A DNA stretch of 63,567 nucleotides, the filler included, from Octopus bimaculoides (lineage: Eukaryota): assembly GCF_001194135.2 (NCBI RefSeq). It is 3 parts of 3 records of this genome, joined end to end, with 100 filler letters (N's around TTAATTAATTAA, not from the genome) between each part and the next. Parts side by side here need not be neighbours in the genome. Positions count along the whole stretch, not along the records: positions 40,898 to 63,567 come from NC_068991.1; 2 more parts are not named here. One strand, written 5' to 3'. The position numbers and the translations under genes were made by a program. This document shows positions 50,163-62,690 of the stretch, in pieces (position 1 is the first letter of the stretch; each line of letters starts with the position of its first letter). The notes beneath the pieces were generated by a model. It saw only the letters and a program-made list of their open reading frames with translations. It did no database searches and was not told where the DNA came from.

Positions 50163-50758
50163 ATAAGCTTTAAGCATATATATATATATATATATTTGTG
50201 TGTGTGTGTGTGTGTGAAATATATATTTACATATGCAGGCACACATATCTAGGAAAGTAGGCATGTACAAATTCATACCTACTTCCATGTATGTATGTAT
50301 GTTCGTACATGTATGTACGAGTACAATGTGTACATGGACGCACTTATGCATGAATGCACATATGTATGTATGCATATATGTATGTATACATGATGCCTGC
50401 TTAATGTGAAACTAAAACGAAAGAAGGGAATATGAGAATGTTTATCAATATAATATCCATGAAGAGAATCCGAACATCAAATCATTATGGTTTCCGGTAG
50501 GTGTAATAAATATTGCACAATAGAATGTAACAGACACTCCTGATATTATTTCTTTCAAGTGGAAGTAATATGTTTAAGCACGGATTAATATTGAATACAT
50601 ACATATCGTTAAAGACACAGGCCTGACGTATATTTATGCATGTTAAGGAGTGTTGTAAACTTAGTATATTACGGATATAAATTGCATTAATAGAGTATCA
50701 ATTAATATCATTTAATGATTTAAAGAAGTGGAACATGAATATATACATATACATATGT

Positions 50759-50793
<35 letters not shown>

Positions 50794-51461
50794 NNNNNNN
50801 NNNNNNNNNNNNNNNNNNNNNNNNNNNNNNNNNNNNNNNNNNNNNNNNNNNNNNNNNNNNNNNNNNNNNNNNNNNNNNNNNNNNNNNNNNNNNNNNNNNN
50901 NNNNNNNNNNNNNNNNNNNNNNNNNNNNNNNNNNNNNNNNNNNNNNNNNNNNNNNNNNNNNNNNNNNNNNNNNNNNNNNNNNNNNNNNNNNNNNNNNNNN
51001 NNNNNNNNNNNNNNNNNNNNNNNNNNNNNNNNNNNNNNNNNNNNNNNNNNNNNNNNNNNNNNNNNNNNNNNNNNNNNNNNNNNNNNNNNNNNNNNNNNNN
51101 NNNNNNNNNNNNNNNNNNNNNNNNNNNNNNNNNNNNNNNNNNNNNNNNNNNNNNNNNNNNNNNNNNNNNNNNNNNNNNNNNNNNNNNNNNNNNNNNNNNN
51201 NNNNNNNNNNNNNNNNNNNNNNNNNNNNNNNNNNNNNNNNNNNNNNNNNNNNNNNNNNNNNNNNNNNNNNNNNNNNNNNNNNNNNNNNNNNNNNNNNNNN
51301 NNNNNNNNNNNNNNNNNNNNNNNNNNNNNNNNNNNNNNNNNNNNNNNNNNNNNNNNNNNNNNNNNNNNNNNNNNTATATATATATGAATTAGTACGTTAA
51401 CTAATTGCATTTAATATGTGAAAGGAATTTAGTGATGTAAAAAGTTTCAGACCCTCAAACT

Positions 51462-51467
<6 letters not shown>

Positions 51468-51496
<29 letters not shown>

Positions 51497-51669
51497 CATA
51501 CATGCATACATACATATATAAATGAATACATACATACATACGTACATACATACTCTCACATATCTGTATGTATGTATGTATGTACGTATGTATGTATGTA
51601 TTCATTTATATATGTATGTATGCATGTATGTATGTATGCATGCATGTATGTATGTATGTATGTATGTAT
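51468..51669. repeat. Long inverted repeat built from (TACA)n with mirrored variant units
   Basis: atatataaatgaatac / gtattcatttatatat, plus the gtac and gcat variant units, are mirrored about a centre near 51560. Confidence 0.85.
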
Positions 51670-52024
51670 CCTCTTTAATACGAGATAAAAGATTCTGACA
51701 GTTGCTCACTTCAGAATTATTGTTATGAAGACTTGGATAATCCGTACAATAAGATGAATACCGCTGACCATTTGAGCAGATGGACGCTTCATCTGTTTAG
51801 CTCTATACGCTGGCATCCTCAAAGGAAATTGATATAAATATTAAGAGACCAGTAACACCGACACACGCACATATACACATATATGCAAGGAGCAGCATGT
51901 ACATTCGCACACATGCGCAGACGTGTGCCTGTGGTTTCTTTCATATGTATTAGGAGACCACAAGCACACGTGTGTGTTTATGAGTATACATGTGCGTATA
52001 TGTATACACATATATGTAAGTGCA

Positions 52025-52063
<39 letters not shown>

Positions 52064-52250
52064 TCTTTTTATATCCGTGTGTACTTGTATCTACGTCTAA
52101 ATTAACTAGAAAAATATGTCTACATTCATCTGTTTGCCTAAAAGTGTCCAAGCATATTTCATATTTAATAAGTCTCGTAAACAAAATCTTATGTCTTCAC
52201 TTCCTCATTTCTATCTATCTATCAATCTATCTATCTATCTAGCTATCTAT

Positions 52251-52278
52251 GTTGAGCCCTGTGTGGCTAATAAAAGAA

Positions 52279-52279
<1 letters not shown>
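52251..52279 (+). mobile_element. Extreme 3' stub of the Tx1-like LINE inside a (TCTA)n array
   Basis: gttgagccctgtgtggctaataaaagaaa is nearly identical to the ends at 45515-45540 and 59388-59420, and is flanked on both sides by TCTA repeats. Confidence 0.65.
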
Positions 52280-52326
<47 letters not shown>

Positions 52327-53639
52327 CTCTATCTATCCCTCTATCTATCTATCCCTCTATCTATCTATCTAGCTGTCTGACCATCTACCTATTTATCGAT
52401 CTATCTCTCTTTTTATCTATTTATTTATCTATCAATCAATCAATCAATCCATCTATCCATCTATCTGTCTATCCATCCATCCATCTATCTATCATTCTAT
52501 CTATCTATCTCTCTATCTATCTATCTACTTATCTGTCTGTCTTTCTTTTTCTCTCTCTCCTTTTCACTTTCACTCTCATCTCATCTCGTTCGTTTTTCTT
52601 CTCTAATTATTTTTTTGTTTCATTTTCGTTGGGGGGGGGGGGCATTTGCGTGTTAGATCACATGATCACATGACCTAGTTTATTATTGGTCAGATCATAT
52701 GACCAAAGAGTGTAAGTTTTATTAGATTCTCCACTGTAGAATTACAATCTTTCCAGCACTTATGTGCGGTCAACCGGATCGGTCACTTTTTCTCTTTCTT
52801 CTTCCCTGTTGATGGCATCGTACAATTTTCCAGTCATTTGCTCGACTGAATACTTTGATTAAGGGTGGTTAGAAGGCCATTGTGAGCTGACCACACCGTT
52901 TTATACGTACTGCTGTCGCAAAACTAGCCATATTTCTAAAGGACACGCTCGTTTTGTTGCTCCAATTGATTTTAACCTCCCCCCCCCCACGGTGGCTCTT
53001 TACCCCCCAACCAAACCTTTGGACTATCTTGGCTCGGCTATCTATCCATCTAATCAGCCATTCTTCCATTACAAGTGTCACCACGATTAGCACCGTCGCC
53101 GCCGCCTCCTCCGCCACCGCCACTGCCACCTATAAATAATATTAATAATGATGATGATGATGACAGTGGTGATGATGGTGATGATAAAGATGACGATGAC
53201 GACGATGATGACGATGACGACGACGACGACGACGATGATAATGATGACGACGTCGGTGACAATGATGATGATGATGACGACGACGACGATGATGATGCTG
53301 ATGACAACGACACAAAATAAAAAACCGAAACGCCACGCATGCTCCGCAAGGCGCCCAAGTGTTTCACTGTGCAGTGAAATTTCGCAACAGAAACATAGGA
53401 TGACTGAGCTAATAATAACGGAACGTTGCTTCCACGATGTTGACCTTAACAAAGAACTACCATCCCCAGGGTAAGGGCCGACAAATAATGTGCAAAACGC
53501 CACGTGAATTGTTAGAAATAGAAGCTAAGTCTCCTTCAAAATTATGCTATTCTGTCTTGAAAGGAGAATTACAGATTTGGTAAGTTATTTTCAGATTTTG
53601 AGAGATCGCAACTTTGATATTAATGACATGTGGTAAAAA

Positions 53640-53850
53640 AATATCTGAGAAAGGAATCGCTGGTCAGTTTCACGTGCAAAGCCAATCGGCAGGTGACCCA
53701 GGTGTAAGACCCGAGCAAGGTGGTGACATAACATCGCTTGGGGATTCAGCAGGATCAAATGGCGTATTGTTTCTGACAGGACCCAGTGGAAGACGTGCTT
53801 GAGGACTCATCCTCCATGACCCTTCGAGGAATAAATGGATGAACAAGATA
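53640..53850 (+). mobile_element. RTE-clade LINE 3' end, degenerate
   Basis: KPIGR*PRCKTRARW*HNI...VSDRTQWKTCL matches the RTE C-terminal pattern GKR.RGRP..RW.D.I......DR..W. Confidence 0.6.
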
Positions 53851-54181
53851 AAATGACATTCTTAGACATACCGAATTTGAATATAAGAACGGACAGACGG
53901 AATGCTTTTAGTTAATCTCATCAGGTTATGTAAATGCATTTTACTGCAGCCTCTTAGATCTGTCATCTGCATAAAGCACTAATTTGTTGATTAGGCATAA
54001 AGCACTAATTAGGCATAAAACACTAATTTGTTGATTCATTATACATGCTCAAAAACTCAACTACACTGAAACCCTGGAAGGAGTATTCTATAAATGCATT
54101 AAAACGCATTTACATGTGTAAAATCGATGGATAAATCCATAGCTACTCTGGGATTCACGCATGCGCAACCTTAATGATTAT

Positions 54182-54568
54182 CCGTTTCTACTCTAGGCAC
54201 AAGGCCCGACATTTTGGTGGAGGGGAGAAGGCAGTCGATTAGATCGACCCAGTACGCAACTGGTACTTAATTTATCTATCCCGAAAGGATGAGGTAATTT
54301 GACCATAGCAACATGAAATTATGTGCCTCACTAAGCACACAAAACTCTGCCTGGTCCTGGAATCGAACCCAGTAGGTAATGATATTTATTTGGCCACGCA
54401 GCGTCTTTCCTACGCAAAGACGTGGCTGTGTGCTAAGACGCTTACTGCCCAACCACATGGTTCCGGGTTCGGAACTCGGCGGAATTTGAACTCAGGACGA
54501 AAAGACACACGAAATACCGCCAAGTATTTCGCCCAGCATGGTAATGTTTCTGCCAGCTCACCGCCTTA
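54182..54568. mobile_element. Mosaic: SINE B 3' (-), SINE A head (+, 54420-54470), SINE B head (-, 54474-54568)
   Basis: Matches to other in-window copies. Confidence 0.75.
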
Positions 54569-55596
54569 ACCTTTATGAGTATCAAGAAATGAATGCTGAT
54601 ATCCAACATGGTGGATGCAATTGCCACTAGTTCCTGGCTGTCATTGATTTGTACAGGTCAAATTTTGAGCTTTGGTGTTCTCCGAAAATGATAGAAGTAA
54701 AGGGTAAGTAATTGAGTTTGTACCTCCTGTATAGTTTTTCGAGGCTCCACCCAATGAAGGCTGACTTGTTTATATCTGAAGATTTTCGAACAAAATTATT
54801 GCATTCTTCAGCAATGTTTCAAGATTGTATCCCTTCTCTTCAGTTACCGTGGTTCTTGGGTTATAATGCAGACTTCCCAAAACAAACATAAAGTAATTTG
54901 TTCGTTGCACAGGATTGCAGTATCGCGCATGCATTAGGCTACGGAGGCGTTTTCACTTCCACTGTTTCTCATTTTCCAAACCTAGTGTGATGAACAGGTG
55001 ATGTTGTTTCTATCCCTGTCTCTGAAAAAGTATTTATAACTGATCGAATCTGCCCTTAAATGCTGTCTCTCTCAGTTCGATAGTATTCATCGAGTAATCG
55101 TCTATATTATAGTATTTCTGAATAACAACGTTTTAAGAAGATATAATACATTTAATGGTCAGTACTGATGGCTTTGCGATTACAAACTTGCAATTATAAA
55201 GGACTTTCGGCTCTGTGTTTGAGGTCGTGTTCTATGAACTACAAAGTGATGTCGTCCAAGCAGCAATAGCGGATTTCCGTTTCCGGTGAATGGACGTTGT
55301 ATATCTAATAATGACCGGACGGTTCTAGTAATGTTCTGTGGATTTTTATTCTCCTACTCAATAGTGAATTGAAACATTTTATACTTCTCTTTCTGGGTTT
55401 GTTATATTTGAAGGAGGACCCTTTGTAAAATATCTATTTGTTAAAATCGGTATTTTGTAGCCCAGAAAAGTAATATAGTAATTTGGTGTCTATGGCGGTG
55501 AAAACATATTTACCTGACTATCAACATTTACAATCCACTTGACTGCATTTTATGGCTTAAAAGTGGTCATATATATAACCGATATATTGTTTTATT

Positions 55597-55800
55597 CTTT
55601 TATTCCTTTACTTGTTTCAGTTATTTGATTGCGGCCATGCTGGAGCACCGCCTTTAGTCGGAAAGGTCCACCCCAGGACTTATTCTTTGTAAGCCTAGTA
55701 CTTATTCTATCGGTCGCTTTTGCCGAACTGTTACGTTTCGGAGACGTGCACACACCAACATCGGTTGTCAAGCGATGGCGGGGGAGGATAAACACACGCA
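55597..55800 (-). mobile_element. SINE family A 3' half
   Basis: cttttacttgtttcagtta...catcggttgtcaagcgatgg. Confidence 0.85.
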
Positions 55801-55804
55801 CGCA

Positions 55805-55846
<42 letters not shown>

Positions 55847-56764
55847 TACACATACACACACACATACATCTGTGTTGGCACTNNNNNNNNNNNNNNNNNN
55901 NNNNNNNNNNNNNNNNNNNNNNNNNNNNNNNNNNNNNNNNNNNNNNNNNNNNNNNNNNNNNNNNNNNNNNNNNNNNNNNNNNNNNNNNNNNNNNNNNNNN
56001 NNNNNNNNNNNNNNNNNNNNNNNNNNNNNNNNNNNNNNNNNNNNNNNNNNNNNNNNNNNNNNNNNNNNNNNNNNNNNNNNNNNNNNNNNNNNNNNNNNNN
56101 NNNNNNNNNNNNNNNNNNNNNNNNNNNNNNNNNNNNNNNNNNNNNNNNNNNNNNNNNNNNNNNNNNNNNNNNNNNNNNNNNNNNNNNNNNNNNNNNNNNN
56201 NNNNNNNNNNNNNNNNNNNNNNNNNNNNNNNNNNNNNNNNNNNNNNNNNNNNNNNNNNNNNNNNNNNNNNNNNNNNNNNNNNNNNNNNNNNNNNNNNNNN
56301 NNNNNNNNNNNNNNNNNNNNNNNNNNNNNNNNNNNNNNNNNNNNNNNNNNNNNNNNNNNNNNNNNNNNNNNNNNNNNNNNNNNNNNNNNNNNNNNNNNNN
56401 NNNNNNNNNNNNNNNNNNNNNNNNNNNNNNNNNNNNNNNNNNNNNNNNNNNNNNNNNNNNNNNNNNNNNNNNNNNNNNNNNNNNNNNNNNNNNNNNNNNN
56501 NNNNNNNNNNNNNNNNNNNNNNNNNNNNNNNNNNNNNNNNNNNNNNNNNNNNNNNNNNNNNNNNNNNNNNNNNNNNNNNNNNNNNNNNNNNNNNNNNNNN
56601 NNNNNNNNNNNNNNNNNNNNNNNNNNNNNNNNNNNNNNNNNNNNNNNNNNNNNNNNNNNNNNNNNNNNNNNNNNNNNNNNNNNNNNNNNNNNNNNNNNNN
56701 NNNNNNNNNNNNNNNNNNNNNNNNNNNNNNNNNNNNNNNNNNNNNTATATATACATACAGTGAA

Positions 56765-56795
<31 letters not shown>

Positions 56796-56802
56796 ATATA
56801 TG

Positions 56803-56842
<40 letters not shown>

Positions 56843-56845
<3 letters not shown>

Positions 56846-56968
56846 GGCGTGGCTGTGTAGAAAGAAGCTTACTTCCCTCCCAACCCCATGGTTCTGGGTT
56901 CAGTCCCGCTGCGTTGTCCATTGGGCAAGTTCCCATGTGGTTGGGAAGCAATCTTCTTACCCCCACAC
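56843..56968. mobile_element. SINE A head (+) folded back onto a partial inverted head (-)
   Basis: ...cttccctcccaaccccatgg pairs with ccatgtggttgggaagcaatcttcttacc. Confidence 0.65.
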
Positions 56969-57012
56969 ACTCACACATATACGTATATGCATGTAATATA
57001 TATAGCACCCAT

Positions 57013-57056
<44 letters not shown>

Positions 57057-57138
57057 CACACCCACACGCTTGAGTTAGCTGACCAAAGACATTAAATAGA
57101 AAGACTACTACTACTACTGCTGCCACTACTACTACTAT

Positions 57139-57202
<64 letters not shown>

Positions 57203-57545
57203 GCTATTGGTATCATAAAGACTAACACTATAACCCCCCCCCCGCCACGCTACGAATACAGCTGTTGCCACGGCCTATAACAAATGTTGACTTCAGTAGG
57301 TCACCTGAAATAGGATTGAGCTCTTTGGGATATGAGTCAGTTGCTCGGGTTTAATATCCACAGAATTTCATTTCGAATTACACATCCACACACAAGCGGA
57401 CACACACTCATCCCCACAACCACAAATGTATGCGTGTGCATCTATGTACATATTTTATGCGCGTGTGTATATATGCATATTTTTAGACATCAATATACAT
57501 ATACATGTATACCTATGTGTAGTATATGTTCATACATATATACAC

Positions 57546-57593
<48 letters not shown>

Positions 57594-58157
57594 CACCATT
57601 CTATATTTATATCTATATGTTAACCGTATTGTGCTTTATTTTACTGGAAAACAATATACTTGTATTGTACTATTTTGAGTTCTTTGAAAACTTTTTCACT
57701 ATTCTTGCTTCTGTTAGTAGCCAGGCGTTGAAGCGAATATATTGGCATTGATGTGGCAACATTTGAAATTTTGTTCTGGTAAATCTAGCTGAGGAGAGCT
57801 AATCAAGTTTACGTTAACAAACGTATCTGGAGAAGTTCGAAACCTAGGTCCTAGATTATCCACATCTGGGTTGGACATTTATCTGGTGTTCTTCCCACAA
57901 GTAAGATGAAAATTTTATGTTCGCCACCCGCAAACAACTTTATATATNNNNNNNNNNNNNNNNNNNNNNNNNNNNNNNNNNNNNNNNNNNNNNNNNNNNN
58001 NNNNNNNNNNNNNNNNNNNNNNNNNNNATATATATATATATATATATATAGGATAGTGGTACAACAATGCACCAATATTTACTGGAAATAGCAGTCGATA
58101 ATATACGAAGCTATGATAAAGCTTCACTGTATATACTGGCAAAGATATGTACGTGTT

Positions 58158-58200
<43 letters not shown>

Positions 58201-58329
58201 CTAGAGTATAAGAGAATATATGTGTGTACACACACACACACATTCTACATATATTTTATGCGTGTTTTATTAAATACAGGACTGTTTTCAAGTTTTACTT
58301 TTGTTCAGATTTTTTCTTATTATTATTAG

Positions 58330-59050
58330 CTTTTATTTACTGGTACTTTGGAACCATACTCTTCCTATATTCCTATATTCATATTCTACGTTTCCATAGG
58401 TTCACAGTTCCATTTTTCAAGAATGAAATGTACTTGGCGTCTTTGTAGTTTTTTGTTTACTAGTTGAATTCATACAGACTTTTCCACAAAAGTGTTTTTA
58501 ACCGCCAAGCTTCTTCCTCAGCAGTTACGTATTGATTTGTTTGTTGTGGTCGTATTAATGACCATTAGGTCTTCATGCCAGTAGACACATGTTAATTGTA
58601 ATTAATTCTAGTATTGTTTGCGTGTTTGTTTTTGGTATTAGATTAGCATTAGAGTATAGCCTCGTTGGTTAATCTCCTGTTTTTGTGTGGAATTTTATAG
58701 AGGAAAAAATATAAGATCAATCATGGCAGCATACAAATATCGCAAACCGATGCCGAAATAAACATTAAAAAAACCGCACATATCAGAACGTTAACACGTA
58801 GCTACTAATATGAAGAACCTAATTGTCAAAAATGTGACCAGAACAAACGGATCAACATGTAACTGCTGATATAGAAATACCAAATGATTACAAGAAACGG
58901 GTAAAAAAAAGTCTGCGTGAAGTGAAACAGAATACAGGAAACAACACAGACATCAAAGTTATTCAATTCTTGGAAACAGAACTGTGAAGATGCGGAAACG
59001 TCGAATATGAGTTTAGAAATTTTATTGTTCCAAATCCACTGTAAAAGACT
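58330..59050. repeat. Diverged inverted pair of about 250-bp segments
   Basis: The reverse complement of 58330-58590 aligns by eye with 58795-59050 (atgaaga.cctaat.gtca...gtaactgctga; ttcttg.aaa...gaactgtgaa...ggaaacgt.gaatatga). Confidence 0.65.
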
Positions 59051-59387
59051 AATGTGAAAATATGAAGAATCTAAAATGAAAAAGCTAAAACTTTCGCATA
59101 ATCGTGTATTTTAATGGGAAGTATAAAAGAATAACTGTTGCTCGTATATACGAATACATAATACATACATACATAAGCGCATACATATATGTGTGTGTGT
59201 GAGTAAATATGTATAAATTTTATATATACATATTTAAATACATATACATAGATATATGCGTATACATGTATATTAATTAGATATATATATACGTGTACGC
59301 TCACACACACATATGTGTGTGAATATATTCATATATACATATATATATGTGTATATATATGTTTATATGCACATAGATAGATAGATA

Positions 59388-59610
59388 TCTTTTTATTATA
59401 GCCACACAGGGCTAAATACAGAAAATGGACAAATTACAAAGTAGAGCTTTTCTTGGGGGGGTGGATAATTTCGATCAAAAGGGATCGCGGGAAGAAAAAA
59501 AAAACGTGGGTGGATCGTGTATCACAGTCGATGTAAAAAACGGGGAACAGATTAGGTTTATCCGTGGAGAGAAAAGCCTACGGAAAAGACCACGGTCACC
59601 TCAGGCTTTT
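59388..59610 (-). mobile_element. Tx1-like LINE 3'UTR fragment
   Basis: Minus strand reads gaggtgaccgtggtcttttccgtagg...tttagccctgtgtggctataataaaaag and is followed by (TCTA)n. Confidence 0.55.
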
Positions 59611-59792
59611 TTTTTTAAAGGTACATGAAAGTAAGTACCTTCTCTCTTTTTGTCTCTTTTTGTTACAAGTCTATGCTTAAAATGGTGTCGTCTTTCATTC
59701 TTACCATTCTTGCCACATTTACCCATTTTTTTTTTTGAAACTTTCATTCGACAACACTTTCCTCTCTATCCTCATCTTCCTTTTTTAAGTGG

Positions 59793-59852
<60 letters not shown>

Positions 59853-60109
59853 CATTTATGTATGTGCACTCGTGCGAGTGAGTACGAGTGTGTGTGTATA
59901 TACGTCGATATAAATGATTTACGTATTTCCGAAAATGTAATGAACGTCACGAATTCTCGCATGGTTTAAATTATCAATACTTTACGCACTTATAAATTGC
60001 ACAGCAATCATCACCAGAGAACCATGGAGTGTCCGTGCGACCGCACAAACCGGTTAGCAATATCAAGTAAACTGACCTCAAATCACACACTGTCGTCTGT
60101 AGAGATATC

Positions 60110-60279
60110 AAGTAGTAACGTCTGCGAAACGCTTGGCAGTATTTCGTCCGTTTTCACCTTTTGAGTTTAAAATCCGTCGAGTTCGTCTTTCATTCTTTAG
60201 GGGTCTTGTAGTCGACTGACGCCCCGCCCTTGATCTTGCGGATCTTATGCGGATCTTATGCGAAACTTTGAAACCAATA
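60110..60279 (+). mobile_element. Diverged SINE family B
   Basis: gaaacgcttggcagtatttcgtccg...gaaactttgaaaccaat. Confidence 0.65.
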
Positions 60280-60281
60280 TA

Positions 60282-60848
60282 CAGGGTACGACAGAAGTAA
60301 CACCCTTTCTTATTTGTATCAGTTTTATAGTTTTCTACTTTCAACAGGATGGTGCACCACCTCGCTATGGGTCAAACGTTCAGGAATGGTTAATACTTAA
60401 TTTTGAGGTAAGGTGGACAGGACAGCGTGGACCAATTGAGTGGCCATCACGATTATAGGACCTAACACCACCTGATATTTTCTTGTGGGTGTATTGAAAG
60501 ATTTTGTTTATTCCCTCAAACCGAAAACAATTCATGAATTAGAACAAGCAATCTCTGATACGTTTTCTGCAAGTAACGTGGAAATGTGTAAAAAGGTCTG
60601 TACAAGTGAAGCTCGTAGGGTTCACCATTGTACTGAAAATGAAGGAGAGTGTTTTGAACATGATAATTAAGATTTTATCATAGTGAGTTACGTTAATTTG
60701 ATGGAGCAATTCTTAATAAATTTCTTAAAACCATTGCAATTTATTTTTCAATAATTGCTATTTTTTTTTATTTCTTTAACTACCGTAATAAATTTTTGTA
60801 CTATAAAAATTACTGAATAAAAAAAGTCGTTACTTTTGTTGCATCCTG
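60282..60848 (+). mobile_element. Internally deleted Tc1/mariner DNA transposon
   Basis: Imperfect TIRs (cagggtacgacagaagtaac / gttacttttgttgcatcctg), each flanked by TA. Encodes FQQDGAPP...WPSRL*DLTP.D.FLW/GVLKDFVY...LEQAI...CTENEGECFEH, the transposase C-terminal half with a stop and a frameshift. Confidence 0.9.
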
Positions 60849-60852
60849 TATA

Positions 60853-61361
60853 ACGAGGCCTGAAATTTTAGGGGAGTGGCTAGTCGATTATATTGACCCC
60901 AGAATTTCACTGGTGCTTTATACATCGACCCCGAAAGGATGAAAGGCAAAGTCGACTTTGCATTATCTTTCGTCTTTTCTGTTTTAGTTGTTTTAGTTGT
61001 TTTTAGTTGGTCTGTGGCCATGCTGGGGCACCGCCTTGAAGGGTTTTAGTCGAACAAATCGTCTGCAGGACATTATTTTTCATGCCTAGTAGTATTCTAT
61101 CAGTTTCTTTGCCGAACCGCTAAGTTACGGGGACGTAAATACACCAACACCGGTTGTCTGGTGGAGGCGGGGGACAGACACAGACACACAAACACACAAA
61201 CACATACATACGACAGGCTTCTTTCAGTTTCCATCTACCAAATCCAGTCACAGGCTTTTGTCGACCCGAGGCTATAGCTCAAGGTGTCTCGCAGTTGGAC
61301 TGAACCCGGAACCATGTGGTTGGGAAGCTAGCATCTTACCACACAGCCACGCCTGGGCCTA
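60853..61361 (-). mobile_element. SINE B 3' part (60853-60962) and full-length SINE A (60990-61361)
   Basis: Matches to other in-window copies. Confidence 0.85.
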
Positions 61362-62543
61362 TTAGTTGGCATATAGTAGACCGCCTACATTTGAAGAGCA
61401 TTGATTGGTCGTTCGNNNNNNNNNNNNNNNNNNNNNNNNNNNNNNNNNNNNNNNNNNNNNNNNNNNNNNNNNNNNNNNNNNNNNNNNNNNNNNNNNNNNN
61501 NNNNNNNNNNNNNNNNNNNNNNNNNNNNNNNNNNNNNNNNNNNNNNNNNNNNNNNNNNNNNNNNNNNNNNNNNNNNNNNNNNNNNNNNNNNNNNNNNNNN
61601 NNNNNNNNNNNNNNNNNNNNNNNNNNNNNNNNNNNNNNNNNNNNNNNNNNNNNNNNNNNNNNNNNNNNNNNNNNNNNNNNNNNNNNNNNNNNNNNNNNNN
61701 NNNNNNNNNNNNNNNNNNNNNNNNNNNNNNNNNNNNNNNNNNNNNNNNNNNNNNNNNNNNNNNNNNNNNNNNNNNNNNNNNNNNNNNNNNNNNNNNNNNN
61801 NNNNNNNNNNNNNNNNNNNNNNNNNNNNNNNNNNNNNNNNNNNNNNNNNNNNNNNNNNNNNNNNNNNNNNNNNNNNNNNNNNNNNNNNNNNNNNNNNNNN
61901 NNNNNNNNNNNNNNNNNNNNNNNNNNNNNNNNNNNNNNNNNNNNNNNNNNNNNNNNNNNNNNNNNNNNNNNNNNNNNNNNNNNNNNNNNNNNNNNNNNNN
62001 NNNNNNNNNNNNNNNNNNNNNNNNNNNNNNNNNNNNNNNNNNNNNNNNNNNNNNNNNNNNNNNNNNNNNNNNNNNNNNNNNNNNNNNNNNNNNNNNNNNN
62101 NNNNNNNNNNNNNNNNNNNNNNNNNNNNNNNNNNNNNNNNNNNNNNNNNNNNNNNNNNNNNNNNNNNNNNNNNNNNNNNNNNNNNNNNNNNNNNNNNNNN
62201 NNNNNNNNNNNNNNNNNNNNNNNNNNNNNNNNNNNNNNNNNNNNNNNNNNNNNNNNNNNNNNNNNNNNNNNNNNNNNNNNNNNNNNNNNNNNNNNNNNNN
62301 NNNNNNNNNNNNNNNNNNNNNNNNNNNNNNNNNNNNNNNNNNNNNNNNNNNNNNNNNNNNNNNNNNNNNNNNNNNNNNNNNNNNNCGGTGGAGGTGGCGG
62401 TGGTGAGGGTGGGTGAGCTTTTCAATCAGATTATTAGCCGTCATATCTTTCTATTGATTTCTCTTTTATTTAAAATATTTCTACCCTATACACCTACACA
62501 TACACAAACAAGAAATAGCAGTCAAATATCCTTCACATTGCAC

Positions 62544-62690
62544 ATAGGCGCAGGAACGGCTGTGTGGTAAGTAGCTTGCTTACCAACCACATGGTTCCGG
62601 GTTCAGTCCCACTGCGTGATACCTTGGGCATGTGTCTTCTACTATAGCCTCGGGCCGACCAAATCCTTGTGAGTGGAATTTGTAGATGCG
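62544..62690 (+). mobile_element. SINE family A 5' half
   Basis: taggcgcaggaacggctgtgtggtaagtagcttgcttaccaaccacatggttccgggttcagtccc. Confidence 0.9.

Noticed and set aside
52760-52845. Minus-strand frame VEQMTGKLYDAINREEEREK...
   Set aside because: Weak acceptor; ends in a stop without a convincing donor.
53391-53470. Plus-strand exon-like segment ending CAGG|gtaagg
   Set aside because: Isolated, with no other supported plus-strand exons.
55190-55400. Possible piggyBac C-terminal remnant (NPLLLLGRHHF; CKVC after a frameshift) on the minus strand
   Set aside because: Similarity is too short and degenerate to call without a search.
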